DNA from: an uncultured delta proteobacterium
GTDB taxonomy: Bacteria > Desulfobacterota > Desulfobacteria > Desulfobacterales > JAHEIW01
Length of the DNA: 64,000 nucleotides
Assembly: GCA_963706575.1 (NCBI GenBank)
Contig: CAVPNL010000006.1
Coordinates: 384,001 to 448,000 of the forward strand
Direction: 5' to 3'
The notes under the pieces are model-generated. The model was not told the origin of the DNA. It saw only the letters and a program-made list of their open reading frames with translations, and ran no database searches. The position numbers and the translations under genes were made by a program. This document shows, piece by piece, positions 18,820 through 28,220 of the stretch (its first letter is position 1; the number at the start of each line of letters is the position of its first letter).

Positions 18820-19818
18820 TTATTTGATCAGCTTCCGGATTCTTTCCCAGCCCGCATCGGGAATATTGGCGCCCACCACCTGACACACCTCATATCCACA
18901 GGCTGAGCCCAATTCGCCGCACTGTTCAAGCGCATACCCGTTGACAAGTCCGTAAAGAAAGCCTGCGGCCCATAAATCGCCGGCTCCGGTGGTATCGATA
19001 ATCGGCGCTCCGGTTTTGGGTTGGATCGGTACAATTTGATCACCGCGGGAGATGAAGCTCCCCCGCTGCCCGACTTTAAGAACGGCGATTTCTACATCTG
19101 CTGCCAGGGCCTGAATGGCATGGGTCTCGGATTTGTGTCCGGTATAGGCCAGCGCTTCGTCTTCATTGGCGATAAGGATGTCGACATAAGATTCCACCAT
19201 ATGCTGCAATTGCTTGTGAGATTCTTTAACCACATTAAAACTGGCGAGATCCAGAGACACCCTTGCGCCTGCGCTTTTGGCTGTTTTAAGAACTTTTAAA
19301 ATTAATTCCGGATTGAACAGCAGGTAACCCTCGATATGAACAATGGCTGCATTTGTAAAATAATCATGCACGATATCTTGCGGTTTTGTTTCAGCCGATG
19401 CGCCTAAAAAGGTAAACATGGATCGTTGGGCATCGGGTGTAATGATTGAAAGAACCCGACCCGTGGGCGAGTCTGAACGCAAAAGCGCCGGTTCGACATT
19501 TTGGCGTTTTAAATCATTCTCAAAAAATTCACCCATTGTCCCGGTTCCGCATTTACCGACAAAACGGGCCGCCCCGCCGAGTTTGCCCACCCCGACAACG
19601 GTATTGCAGGCTGATCCTCCGGGAACGAGCGAGGGTGGCTGCGATGAAAGCAAAAGGGTTTCGTCAATGAATTCTTTGTTTACATAAGTCATCCCACCTT
19701 TTACGGCACCGGTTTTACTTAAAAAAGCCTCGTCTTCATGGGCCAGGATATCAATCAAGGCTGAACCCACACCGACGATTAATTTTTTGTCTTTATATCG
19801 GTCGCGAAAGCGGTGCAC
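18820..19818 (-). CDS. PfkB-family kinase (adenosine/inosine kinase-like)
   Basis: GGSACNT, RSMFTFLGAS, ANEDEA, DTTGAGDLWAAGFLYG. Confidence 0.9.
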   Translation of the reverse strand: MHRFRDRYKDKKLIVGVGSALIDILAHEDEAFLSKTGAVKGGMTYVNKEFIDETLLLSSQPPSLVPGGSACNTVVGVGKLGGAARFVGKCGTGTMGEFFENDLKRQNVEPALLRSDSPTGRVLSIITPDAQRSMFTFLGASAETKPQDIVHDYFTNAAIVHIEGYLLFNPELILKVLKTAKSAGARVSLDLASFNVVKESHKQLQHMVESYVDILIANEDEALAYTGHKSETHAIQALAADVEIAVLKVGQRGSFISRGDQIVPIQPKTGAPIIDTTGAGDLWAAGFLYGLVNGYALEQCGELGSACGYEVCQVVGANIPDAGWERIRKLIK

Positions 19819-19971
19819 TGTTGGTCAACTTATTAGCGGTTAAAAGAATATTTAAAATTCTCATATTGGGTTAGGGCCAAGCCTTAAACTGGCTTTGCCA
19901 TCCATCTGTTGCATTGCGGCGATGACAGCAACAGGTTTAAGCTGCGCCGTCCGGCGAAATGGGCCCACCGG

Positions 19972-20403
19972 CTACCAGATCAGTGACTTATGAATCCAGC
20001 CTTTATCACCGTCAACATGTTCAATGTGAATCCAGCCGTTCTTGCGTTCAAGGACTTTAAAAGGGATTCCTTTTGGAACGGTGAAAATAATTTCATTGCT
20101 CGTTCCGGCTCCGGAGCGGATATTGCACGCGTCATTTTTAGTAATCACCGCCGAAATTTTGCTCACCATCGACTGATGCACCCATCCCTTGTCGCCTTCA
20201 AAATCCTCAAAATGATACCATTCACCTGATTTTTCAATGATCCGAATTGGAAAATATTTTTCTACTTTCCATAAAACATTGTGGTTGGTTCCCGGGCCGG
20301 ATCGAATATTTGCGACAGGAGCCGACACCGCCAAACGCTCAGCACTTGCGGTTGCGGCCAACAACATAATTAGCAGAAAAATGATGATCGATCGAACTTT
20401 CAT
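19972..20403 (-). CDS. Secreted tandem bacterial SH3-domain protein
   Basis: Signal peptide plus two NIRSG.G...GW.H repeats. Confidence 0.88.
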   Translation of the reverse strand: MKVRSIIIFLLIMLLAATASAERLAVSAPVANIRSGPGTNHNVLWKVEKYFPIRIIEKSGEWYHFEDFEGDKGWVHQSMVSKISAVITKNDACNIRSGAGTSNEIIFTVPKGIPFKVLERKNGWIHIEHVDGDKGWIHKSLIW

Positions 20404-20433
20404 TACAATCTGATTCCCTCCTCGTCGATACGG

Positions 20434-21072
20434 TTAAGGTTCGGAAAAAAATTTTATTTCGGGCAACTGTACGCAGGTCAGGCGGTTTCCGTATACGGCT
20501 CCCGTGTCGATCCCGATTTTATTTGTCTGCACCAGCGGTTCTTTAAATGGCGTATGGCCGAATATGACGCGTTTGCTAAAATCAAAATCAGAGAATATGA
20601 ATTCATCACGAATCCAAAGCAGATCGATCGTTTTCTGTGATTCAAGGGGAACTTTTTTGCGCAGACCGGCATGCACAAAGATATAATCATCGGTCTGATA
20701 ATAAAGGTGCAAAGATTTAAAAAATTCTAAGTGCGCGGGCGGTACGGGATACTCACCTGGATTGTTCGGGCGGTTCAGATACGCATCCAGGGTCCCCTGG
20801 CCGCCATTTAGCAGGTAGGTAAATCGGTCACTGCCATCCAGGTAATTTTCCAGCATATCTTCGTGATTACCCTTTAAGAATATGGTGGCCGGCAATCTTT
20901 TCTTCAAATCAATCAGGTAATCCACCACCTCAAGGGAGCTCGATCCACGATCGATATAATCCCCGATGAAAATTAATTGGTCCCGCTTGAAATTTATCGG
21001 GATTTTGTCCATAAGTGCACAAAGTTTATCAAAGCACCCATGAATGTCTCCAATCACAAAGATTTTTTGCAT
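20434..21072 (-). CDS. Metallophosphoesterase (PPP-family Ser/Thr phosphatase-like)
   Basis: GDIHG, GDYIDRG, GNHE, GHTP, IDTGAV. Confidence 0.92.
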   Translation of the reverse strand: MQKIFVIGDIHGCFDKLCALMDKIPINFKRDQLIFIGDYIDRGSSSLEVVDYLIDLKKRLPATIFLKGNHEDMLENYLDGSDRFTYLLNGGQGTLDAYLNRPNNPGEYPVPPAHLEFFKSLHLYYQTDDYIFVHAGLRKKVPLESQKTIDLLWIRDEFIFSDFDFSKRVIFGHTPFKEPLVQTNKIGIDTGAVYGNRLTCVQLPEIKFFSEP

Positions 21073-21192
21073 GGGATACCCGTTATCGTTTCAATTTTCC
21101 AGTATTCCAGTATCTCATCACCACGGCAAATTATCAAGCCTCGAGAAGTTGTATCTCCCTTAAGTTTGTTTTGGAGACTTTAAGACGCCAAA

Positions 21193-22128
21193 TTACCTTA
21201 ACACAAAGGTACGCCGGGGCCGGTCGAGACGTGTGATGCCTTCTTTTTTTGCCGCCTGCAATGCGTTGCGGTAATCAGTCGGCGAAAGAAAGGTATTTAA
21301 ACCGCGTATTTCGGCGGCGCGTCCACATGGGCGGTACTGGGACATAATGTTGACGTAACTGCGGATTGAAATCTCTCTGGCAATATACCGCATAATTTTA
21401 CGGGTGTCCGCCATTCCGTCTGGCAAGACGAGGTGGCGAATTAACAGACCTTGCCGGGCAACACCGGCATCGTCGATGATCAGGTCGCCCACCTGGCGGT
21501 GCATTTCTTTCAGGGCTTTGCAGGCAACTTCCGCATAATCCGCAGCCTGACAGGCGCTTTCGGCAACATCCGGGTCCCAGAATTTGAAGTCCGGCATGTA
21601 AATATCAAACACACCCTCCAGTAACCGGAGTGTTGAGGGCAAATCGTAACCGCCGGAATTGTAAACCAGGGGCACGCTGAGTCCTTGTGGAATGGCGATT
21701 TCAAGGGCAGCCAGGATTTGAGGAATCACATGTGACGGTGTGACAAAGTTGATATTATGACATTCCTGCTGCTGCAAAGCGAGCATCATTGCCGCCAGTT
21801 CCTCGTTTGAAACTTTTTGGCCGCAGCTTTCATGGCTGATATCAAAGTTCTGGCAAAACAAACACAGCAGATTGCAGTGCGTAAAAAATATGGTGCCGGA
21901 GCCATGTTTGCCCACCAACGGTGCTTCCTCACCGAAATGGGGGCTGTAGCTGGAAACCCAGGCCCGCTTGGCGGTTTTGCATACGCCGGTTTCACCGGAT
22001 AGCCGGTCAACCCTGCATTGACGCGGGCAAAGCTTACAAGGACTGAGAAGATTGTGCGCAGTTTTTATCTTTTTCCGCAACAGCCCTTTTTCAAAGGTTT
22101 TGATATATGCGGGTTCAAACGGTTCCAT
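21193..22128 (-). CDS. Radical SAM protein (PflX-like)
   Basis: CKLCPRQC, PHFGEE, CNLLCLFCQN, IYMPDFK, IRHLVLP, MSQYRP. Confidence 0.9.
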   Translation of the reverse strand: MEPFEPAYIKTFEKGLLRKKIKTAHNLLSPCKLCPRQCRVDRLSGETGVCKTAKRAWVSSYSPHFGEEAPLVGKHGSGTIFFTHCNLLCLFCQNFDISHESCGQKVSNEELAAMMLALQQQECHNINFVTPSHVIPQILAALEIAIPQGLSVPLVYNSGGYDLPSTLRLLEGVFDIYMPDFKFWDPDVAESACQAADYAEVACKALKEMHRQVGDLIIDDAGVARQGLLIRHLVLPDGMADTRKIMRYIAREISIRSYVNIMSQYRPCGRAAEIRGLNTFLSPTDYRNALQAAKKEGITRLDRPRRTFVLR

Positions 22129-22190
22129 TTTGTAAGATGGTGCACCTTCCAGATAAATAGGCTCGCTCGAAATATGGTCAAACGTTTTTC

Positions 22191-22269
22191 ACCACAAAGG
22201 CACGAAGCGCACAAAGGGAAAATTAATCAAAACCACCCGATTTCTTTGTGAACTTTGTGCCTTTGTGGT
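22191..22269. repeat. Short-period inverted repeat (CACAAAG x3 ... CTTTGTG x3)
   Basis: accacaaaggcacgaagcgcacaaag ... ctttgtgaactttgtgcctttgtggt. Confidence 0.85.
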
Positions 22270-22307
22270 TCGTTCTCTGCTTAAAACCGACTCGTTCAGG
22301 TTCGGAT

Positions 22308-23003
22308 TTATTGGTTCTTTTTTGTATGTTTGAAGGGTTCGACCAGAATTTTCTCGGCAAAGCCCCGGCCAAGGACATAGCGTTTATAATCCGCTGCTAT
22401 GGCCAGCTGGCCCTGACTGTTGTTTGATATGACTTCAATTTCATCCCCGAGCCGCAATCCCATCGACAATAATCGCATCCGGGCGTTAGGGCCTCCGTTA
22501 AAATCCCTGAGCACTAGCCGTTCTCCCGGTTTGGCCATGGTCAAGGTCAACAGTTGAATGCGATCTTTAAGGCATTCCTCGCAGATGCCGTAGATTTCCA
22601 TTTTATGCTGCAGCATGTGGAAGCCTTTTGTTGCTGCAATTTTGATTTGCAGTTCTTCCAGACGATCCTCCTCGAACTCAATGATTTTTCTGCATTTGGT
22701 GCAAATCATATGGTCGTGATGCTGGCCCAGATGGCGATGTTCATAACGAAGGGCGCCATTGTCAAATCGGCTTTTTTGGGCGAAGCCGAAACGGCACATC
22801 AGTTTCATTGTCTCACGCACAAATTCTGAATCAAGGCTCCAGCCGTTTTGTCCAAGAAGCCCAACCATTTCATCTATGGTCACATGCTTTTCGGTCTGTA
22901 AAAAGACTTCGAGAACCTTGAATCGATCTTCGAAGCGATCGATTTGTTCCTGCTTGAAAAGCTTTTTGAACTGTTCTTTTTCCTGAATATGAAGTTGTTT
23001 CAT
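22308..23003 (-). CDS. Fur-family regulator fused to a C-terminal FeoA domain
   Basis: HHDHMICTKC and GICEEC Fur motifs, then RLLSMGLRLGDEIEV FeoA motif; start uncertain (23003, 23009 or 23024). Confidence 0.88.
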   Translation of the reverse strand: MKQLHIQEKEQFKKLFKQEQIDRFEDRFKVLEVFLQTEKHVTIDEMVGLLGQNGWSLDSEFVRETMKLMCRFGFAQKSRFDNGALRYEHRHLGQHHDHMICTKCRKIIEFEEDRLEELQIKIAATKGFHMLQHKMEIYGICEECLKDRIQLLTLTMAKPGERLVLRDFNGGPNARMRLLSMGLRLGDEIEVISNNSQGQLAIAADYKRYVLGRGFAEKILVEPFKHTKKNQ

Positions 23004-23176
23004 CTGCATTTCCTGTTCGGGCAACGGTTCCTGGCAATGAATGTTCTAATTGGAGAAATACGTGATGGTCCTGGCGATCTTCTCGGGGGGTCGTTAATAC
23101 AGCGATTGGCCTGAAGCGCTTGATTCATAATTAGGCAGGGATCAGTTAAACTAGGCTGCCAGGAAAGGCTTTGAAA

Positions 23177-23422
23177 TTAACCTTCATGTCCCGGTATTTC
23201 ATAGGTGGTGCAACTGCCGCCGGGGCAGTTGCGAGTTTGTGCACTGACGCCATCACTTTTCCCTGAGTCGCTGCCCATGCTGTGACAGGAAGCGCTTAGG
23301 ACCCGTTCAAATTCATCAGAGTTGCAGTGAGGGCATTTGAGCTCCACCTCTTCCTCTTTTTTCATAACCAGTATCTCAAAGCAGTCATTGCATTTTAAGC
23401 ATCTAAATTCATATAGTGGCAT
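23177..23422 (-). CDS. FmdB-family zinc-ribbon protein
   Basis: MPLYEFRCLKC...CPHC. Confidence 0.9.
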   Translation of the reverse strand: MPLYEFRCLKCNDCFEILVMKKEEEVELKCPHCNSDEFERVLSASCHSMGSDSGKSDGVSAQTRNCPGGSCTTYEIPGHEG

Positions 23423-23729
23423 GGGTTTTCCTTTTGTTTTTCTATTTCTAACGCCATAATATGCTTATCTTGGAAAGATTGTCAAGGTGCTCTGAGTCAT
23501 ATTGTGTTTGATTTTAGGGGGGTTACGGAACGATAGTCCGCGCCTATATCCTTAACGTCGGTGGTTATGAACCGAATCGATATTCAAAAATTTTTTCAGA
23601 ACCTTTAAAGGCATGCATTAGGGCAGGATCGGCCGCAATTCGACTGCTTTCAATTGGTATTTTCAGAAAAAAAGGTGACATGGATGCTGTTTGATCTTAA
23701 ATTTAGAAAAGCTTAAATTGAGGTTCGTC

Positions 23730-24908
23730 ATGCACCCATCAGGCAATTCATCTTATAATGTTGTGTGGTTAAAAAACCTTGCTGAAGTAGACCGGAATCA
23801 ATGGGATGCGCTTGCGGAGCCTTTATCCACGCCCTTTTTGGAATGGGAGTGGCTTCACCAGATGGAGATCTCCAAAAGCACCGGCGCTGAAACCGGGTGG
23901 CTGCCTCACCATTTGACGGTTTGGTCTCATGACCAATTGGTTGCGGCCGCCCCTTTATACATCAAGCAACATAGCGCGGGAGAGTTCGTGTTTGATAATA
24001 TCTGGGCGGACGTGGCCGATCGTCTAAAAATTTCTTACTACCCTAAACTTGTCGGCATGAGCCCGTTTACCCCGATGGTCGGATATCGATTTTTAATGGC
24101 AACCGGAGAGAATGAGGAGGCATTGACCCGTTACATGGTTAATGAAATTGAGCAATTCTGCCGGCACCACCGAATTTCCGGCTGCAGCTTTCTTTTCGTT
24201 GATCCCCAATGGCGCCGGCTGATGATTAACTGCGGATTCATCAGCTGGTTGCATCAAAGCTTTACCTGGCAAAACGAAAACTACCAGTCCTTTGAAGACT
24301 ATCTGGCGGTCTTTAATTCCAATCAGCGGCACAACATCAAACGGGAGCGCCGATCCATTGCGGGAAATGGCATCACCCTTAAAATATATGAAGGAGATCA
24401 AATTCCGACGGCCTATTTTTCACTGATATATCCATTTTACGAACGCACCAACGATAAGTTCGGTCCCTGGGGTTGCAAGTATCTTAAGCCTAGTTTCTTT
24501 AAAAGATTGGCGGACTGTTATCGGCATCGATTGGTTTTTGTGGCTGCTTTGGAAGAGGCAAATCCGGATTCGCCGCTGGGTCTTTCACTTTTAGTCCGCA
24601 AGCGGGACCGGTTGTTCGGCAGGTATTGGGGCTGTTCAAAAGAAATTAAAAACTTGCATTTTAATGCGTGTTATTACAGCCCGATTGAATGGGCAATTGT
24701 CAACGGTATTAATCAGTTTGATCCGGGTATGGGCGGGTATCATAAAATTCGGCGCGGTTTTACGGCTGTCGACAACTTCAGCCTGCACCGATTTTTTGAT
24801 CAGCGCCTTGAGCAACTCATGAATGCCCATATTGAAGAGATCAACCGCCTCGAGCGGGAACATATTGATGAATTGAATGCAGCGCTTCCCTTTGCCCATA
24901 ACGCCTAA
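23730..24908 (+). CDS. FemAB-like GNAT-fold protein (DUF482 type)
   Basis: TPFLEWEWL, GW.P.H, HSAGEFVFD, YYPKL, GRYWG, LHFNACYY, HKIRRGF. Confidence 0.88.
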   Translation: MHPSGNSSYNVVWLKNLAEVDRNQWDALAEPLSTPFLEWEWLHQMEISKSTGAETGWLPHHLTVWSHDQLVAAAPLYIKQHSAGEFVFDNIWADVADRLKISYYPKLVGMSPFTPMVGYRFLMATGENEEALTRYMVNEIEQFCRHHRISGCSFLFVDPQWRRLMINCGFISWLHQSFTWQNENYQSFEDYLAVFNSNQRHNIKRERRSIAGNGITLKIYEGDQIPTAYFSLIYPFYERTNDKFGPWGCKYLKPSFFKRLADCYRHRLVFVAALEEANPDSPLGLSLLVRKRDRLFGRYWGCSKEIKNLHFNACYYSPIEWAIVNGINQFDPGMGGYHKIRRGFTAVDNFSLHRFFDQRLEQLMNAHIEEINRLEREHIDELNAALPFAHNA

Positions 24909-24933
24909 TTGAGCAAAAATGCTCAATTAGGCG
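24902..24933. terminator. Perfect 14-bp hairpin between convergent genes
   Basis: cgcctaattgagca-aaaa-tgctcaattaggcg. Confidence 0.6.
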
Positions 24934-24936
24934 CTA

Positions 24937-25329
24937 TTACTTGATTCGCTTGGCCACAAACTCATGAAACTGCTCGGAGATTTCCTTTTTCCAGACCCCG
25001 ATATGACCGGTTCGCACTGAAACTTCAGTCCATTCTGGATCGATGATGCGAACGTTTATCGTCATAGGCGTCTTATCGAACCGCTGGGATTCGATCGTTG
25101 TCTGGGCACCATCGGTCTTCTCTTCCAGAACAGGCTGCTTCATATCCTCTAAGATGCCTTTGCACACCTCGTAGGTTGTTTGGTAATTTGCCTGATAGGT
25201 TCGGCTCAATTGACCGTTAACATAAGCAAAGGTTCCTGCTCCGGCGCCGGCGCCAACGACAATGGCAATACATCCGGTTGATACCCACAAATACACCAGG
25301 ACAATGATTAAATATAGCCTTTTTAGCAT
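24937..25329 (-). CDS. Lipoprotein, DUF3568-like
   Basis: STGC lipobox, GAGAGAG, YVNGQL, T.VSVRTG. Confidence 0.75.
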   Translation of the reverse strand: MLKRLYLIIVLVYLWVSTGCIAIVVGAGAGAGTFAYVNGQLSRTYQANYQTTYEVCKGILEDMKQPVLEEKTDGAQTTIESQRFDKTPMTINVRIIDPEWTEVSVRTGHIGVWKKEISEQFHEFVAKRIK

Positions 25330-25653
25330 ATCCTGCCTCTTTCGATTCGTTAAAATTAAGGTCTAAACTGTTGGTCTCTCAGGCGATGTTGCATCACATG
25401 GCAGATTCCACCAGTGTTAAATTGAATTTCGTTCGGCTTGCTGAGAAATAGATCAATTTTAGGTTCAAAGTAACATGTTGGTATTCGGTGTCAAGAAACA
25501 ATTGAGACGGCTTTGGAAAGACAACTGTTTTCAAAAATCTGCCCGCAGCGGGGCGGATTATATTGACACCTGGAAATGAACTGCTTAACTTTGCAAAAAT
25601 TACAATGAGCCGATCAGGGCTCTTATTTTTACACAGCGGAGCTGGGAGGCATA

Positions 25654-26616
25654 ATGCAAAAAAAACTGATTCCCCAAATGACGACCTTTGGCAAATGGAG
25701 TGTGGTCATATTGCTGGCCTTTATTTTAATCTGGCCGTTGACGGTTGGTATTTATTGGGGCTTGTATAAAGGGTATACCACAATCGATGCGACGCGCTTC
25801 CCATGGTTCAGTTCAAATATGCATTCCATACTCGATCAAACCAAGCCGAATTCAGCCGAAACCAAAAAAGGAATGGCGCTCAGTGCCGCACTCAGCAATC
25901 GGCTGGAGGAAGAGATGGGCTCGACATTTGGCTGGTCGGTCAATGATTTGATTGTTTCCCCCACACGCTGGCTCGACAACCGCGCCAATCGGCAGCGGGG
26001 TGTTATTTTTGCGACCCGAATGCTGATCAACTTTTTTTCCACCAATCTGGCCAAGTATGGAACGGTCGATAAAGAAAATAACCTTTTAAAAGAGGCCCGC
26101 GAAAAATATTTTGCCTTTAGCGAAGATAGCTGGTGGTTCCCATCCACTGAAAGTCAATATCGTAAAGGCATTGCCTTGATGCGCAAATACGAAGACGAAT
26201 TGGCTGCCGGTAACGGGGTTTATAACATGCGCTCGGATGATATGTACAACATGCTCACCTTTATCATCGGCAAACAGCTTCTTGACCAGCCCCTTGGTCT
26301 TCTGGTGCAGCCCGAAAATGAAGTGGCGTATACCGAGTTGGATGACCGCATTTATTATACCCAGGGGGTTATCCTGGTGCTGCGGGATTTTATTCGGACT
26401 TTCGTTGATCTTTACCCGGTGATAAAAGAAAAGGGTGGAGAAGAAAATATCAAGATTGCTATGCGGGAGATGGAGCTGATTTGCACCTTTGATCCGCTGA
26501 TTGTTCTAAGAGGAGATCATGATTCCGTTACTGCCGACCACCGCGGGAAGATGGCCAGATACCTGATCTCATTCAGAGAACGAATAAACGATCTGGCGCA
26601 GTCGATTCGAAGATAA
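25654..26616 (+). CDS. Membrane-anchored protein, DUF2333-like
   Basis: N-terminal TM; GWSVND, WLDNRANRQRG, SWWFPSTE, DDRIYYTQG. Confidence 0.7.
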   Translation: MQKKLIPQMTTFGKWSVVILLAFILIWPLTVGIYWGLYKGYTTIDATRFPWFSSNMHSILDQTKPNSAETKKGMALSAALSNRLEEEMGSTFGWSVNDLIVSPTRWLDNRANRQRGVIFATRMLINFFSTNLAKYGTVDKENNLLKEAREKYFAFSEDSWWFPSTESQYRKGIALMRKYEDELAAGNGVYNMRSDDMYNMLTFIIGKQLLDQPLGLLVQPENEVAYTELDDRIYYTQGVILVLRDFIRTFVDLYPVIKEKGGEENIKIAMREMELICTFDPLIVLRGDHDSVTADHRGKMARYLISFRERINDLAQSIRR

Positions 26617-26619
26617 CAC

Positions 26620-26890
26620 TGGAAGCTATCTCAAAAATAGCGGTTTATCTTCGAAGACAGAGAAAAAAAGTTCCAAAGGTGCTCTAAAATTAGAAGTGCC
26701 TAAAATGAGCTAAAATGCCTAAAGTTAAGGTTTCGCTAGCGCTCCATCTATTATTATAAATAAGATAGAATTTTTCAATTTTAGGCATTTTAGATCATTT
26801 TTAATTTTAGATCATTTGTTGTTATAAGCACTTTTTATAGGTGTAGAACTTTGTACGAGGACGTTAGATGCGTTTTTGAGATAGGTTCTA
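26620..26890. mobile_element. MITE family B copy carrying a nested CTAAA-type repeat
   Basis: Ends tgGAAGCTATCTCAAAAATAG ... TTTTTGAGATAGGTTCTA match 27967..28160 in reverse orientation. Confidence 0.7.
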
Positions 26891-27184
26891 GTAATATTTT
26901 ATGCCGACGCCATAATAAAAATATGAAGCCTTTTCAGGTAACTTTTGGCACCACATAACCTTCGCGCGATAAACATCATGGCCGGCAGAATACGGTGAGT
27001 TTTCAATGCCAACGAAAATGTCGGAACCTATTTTGGGTGCAAAGTCTGATTCGAAATACATTCCGCTTCGGCTGTAATTGTACATCCTACCTTCGTGATA
27101 ATGACCAGCAGGATAATTTTCGATCATAACGGTTGCTTCATGTCTAAATCGAGGTGTATCTCTATTCTCAGGATTCGAGTCCAT
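26888..27184 (-). CDS. Stand-alone PilZ-domain protein
   Basis: RDTPR (RxxxR) and NYSRSG (D/NxSxxG) c-di-GMP-binding motifs. Confidence 0.88.
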   Translation of the reverse strand: MDSNPENRDTPRFRHEATVMIENYPAGHYHEGRMYNYSRSGMYFESDFAPKIGSDIFVGIENSPYSAGHDVYRAKVMWCQKLPEKASYFYYGVGIKYY

Positions 27185-27271
27185 CTGACACCTTCCGATA
27201 GCAATGTTTCTGTGATTCTCAGACTTTTTGATCAGAAGCCGCCGGCAAAGAGAATTTGCCGATAATTCGCC

Positions 27272-27362
27272 TAGAAGTGGTTTCAGAACCTCAGATCAGG
27301 TTTCCCGCTTAGCGGGGCAACGCTGCCATTGGGCCTTAGATGGGGTTTTGAAACCACTTCTA
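27272..27362. mobile_element. MITE family A, copy 2 (91 bp, internally deleted, reverse orientation)
   Basis: TAGAAGTGGTTTCAGAAC ... GTTTTGAAACCACTTCTA. Confidence 0.85.
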
Positions 27363-27525
27363 ATCTTTTCAGTCGAATGCCTAAAAGCCGATGTAAACCA
27401 TGAATGATACGACAATTAACAGGGCGCTTACTAATGCAATGAGTAAAGAAATCAGACTTTCTTGCATACACAGGGTTCTCCGGCTTGAGGTTATCGTTTT
27501 GCGAAATCAATCGCTCATATTGCTT

Positions 27526-27542
27526 AGCATAAACCGTGCCGG
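27526..27542 (-). promoter_or_regulatory. Putative sigma-54 (-24/-12) promoter upstream of the PilZ gene
   Basis: Minus strand CCGGCACGGTTTATGCT vs consensus YTGGCACGNNNNTTGCW; correct GG-N10-GC spacing. Confidence 0.55.
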
Positions 27543-27869
27543 ATGAATTGCTTGCCAATAATATATAATAATAATGAATAGATATTTAGGATGCGGCTTT
27601 GAATCTTAATGGTTGAAGCATACGGTTTGTGGAAAAATTTCCTCAAGAATTGGGCAATCCTTTTCCTAAAACCATACCATATCTAGTAGTTAGATTGGGA
27701 TTTGCACCTAGCAAAACGCGATCCTTATATGGCCTGCGGCTGTACAAGATTGGAATTAGTAAGAAAGGCAGGTGCTGTCGGAACGTTGATTCCCAATGGA
27801 CGAGGGTGATTCATTACGAATCACCCTCTGAGCATTGGGTGACAGTGTGTTAACACACTGTTATTTTTT

Positions 27870-27896
27870 TTATCGGCATTTGCTCAACAAACTTTA
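27870..27896 (-). promoter_or_regulatory. Sigma-28 (FliA) promoter, perfect consensus
   Basis: Minus strand TAAAGTTT-gttgagcaaat(11 nt)-GCCGATAA. Confidence 0.8.
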
Positions 27897-27966
27897 CCCC
27901 TGAATTTTGCCCCGCCTCGCGGGATGAAGCATCTAATTTTATGACACCAGGTGCTCCTCATGAAAA

Positions 27967-28160
27967 TAGAACCTATCTCAAAAATGTCTTTTGGCCCAAT
28001 ATCTTTGTTGGTGCCTCGCTTTAAATCCTCAACATACAACAGTATGCCTGCGGTTTACGACCCACAAAGAGAATTTAATCAGGCGGGAAGTCCAGCAATG
28101 CTGGAAAGCTCGGCCCCGCCGCGATCTTGAACCAAAATCCTATTTTTGAGATGGCTTCTA
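27967..28160. mobile_element. MITE family B copy (194 bp)
   Basis: TAGAACCTATCTCAAAAA ... TTTTTGAGATGGCTTCTA; partial copy at 38624..38654. Confidence 0.8.
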
Positions 28161-28220
28161 GATGAGAATCTTTTTGTTATTTAATTACAGCAGGCTCGTG
28201 CAAAATTCAGGTTAGCGGTG

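Noticed and set aside
27283..27853. ORFs 27283..27558, 27629..27853 (and 38769..39035, 44957..45199, 4995..5195)
   Set aside because: They run through MITEs, palindromes or regulatory DNA and have no protein-like features.
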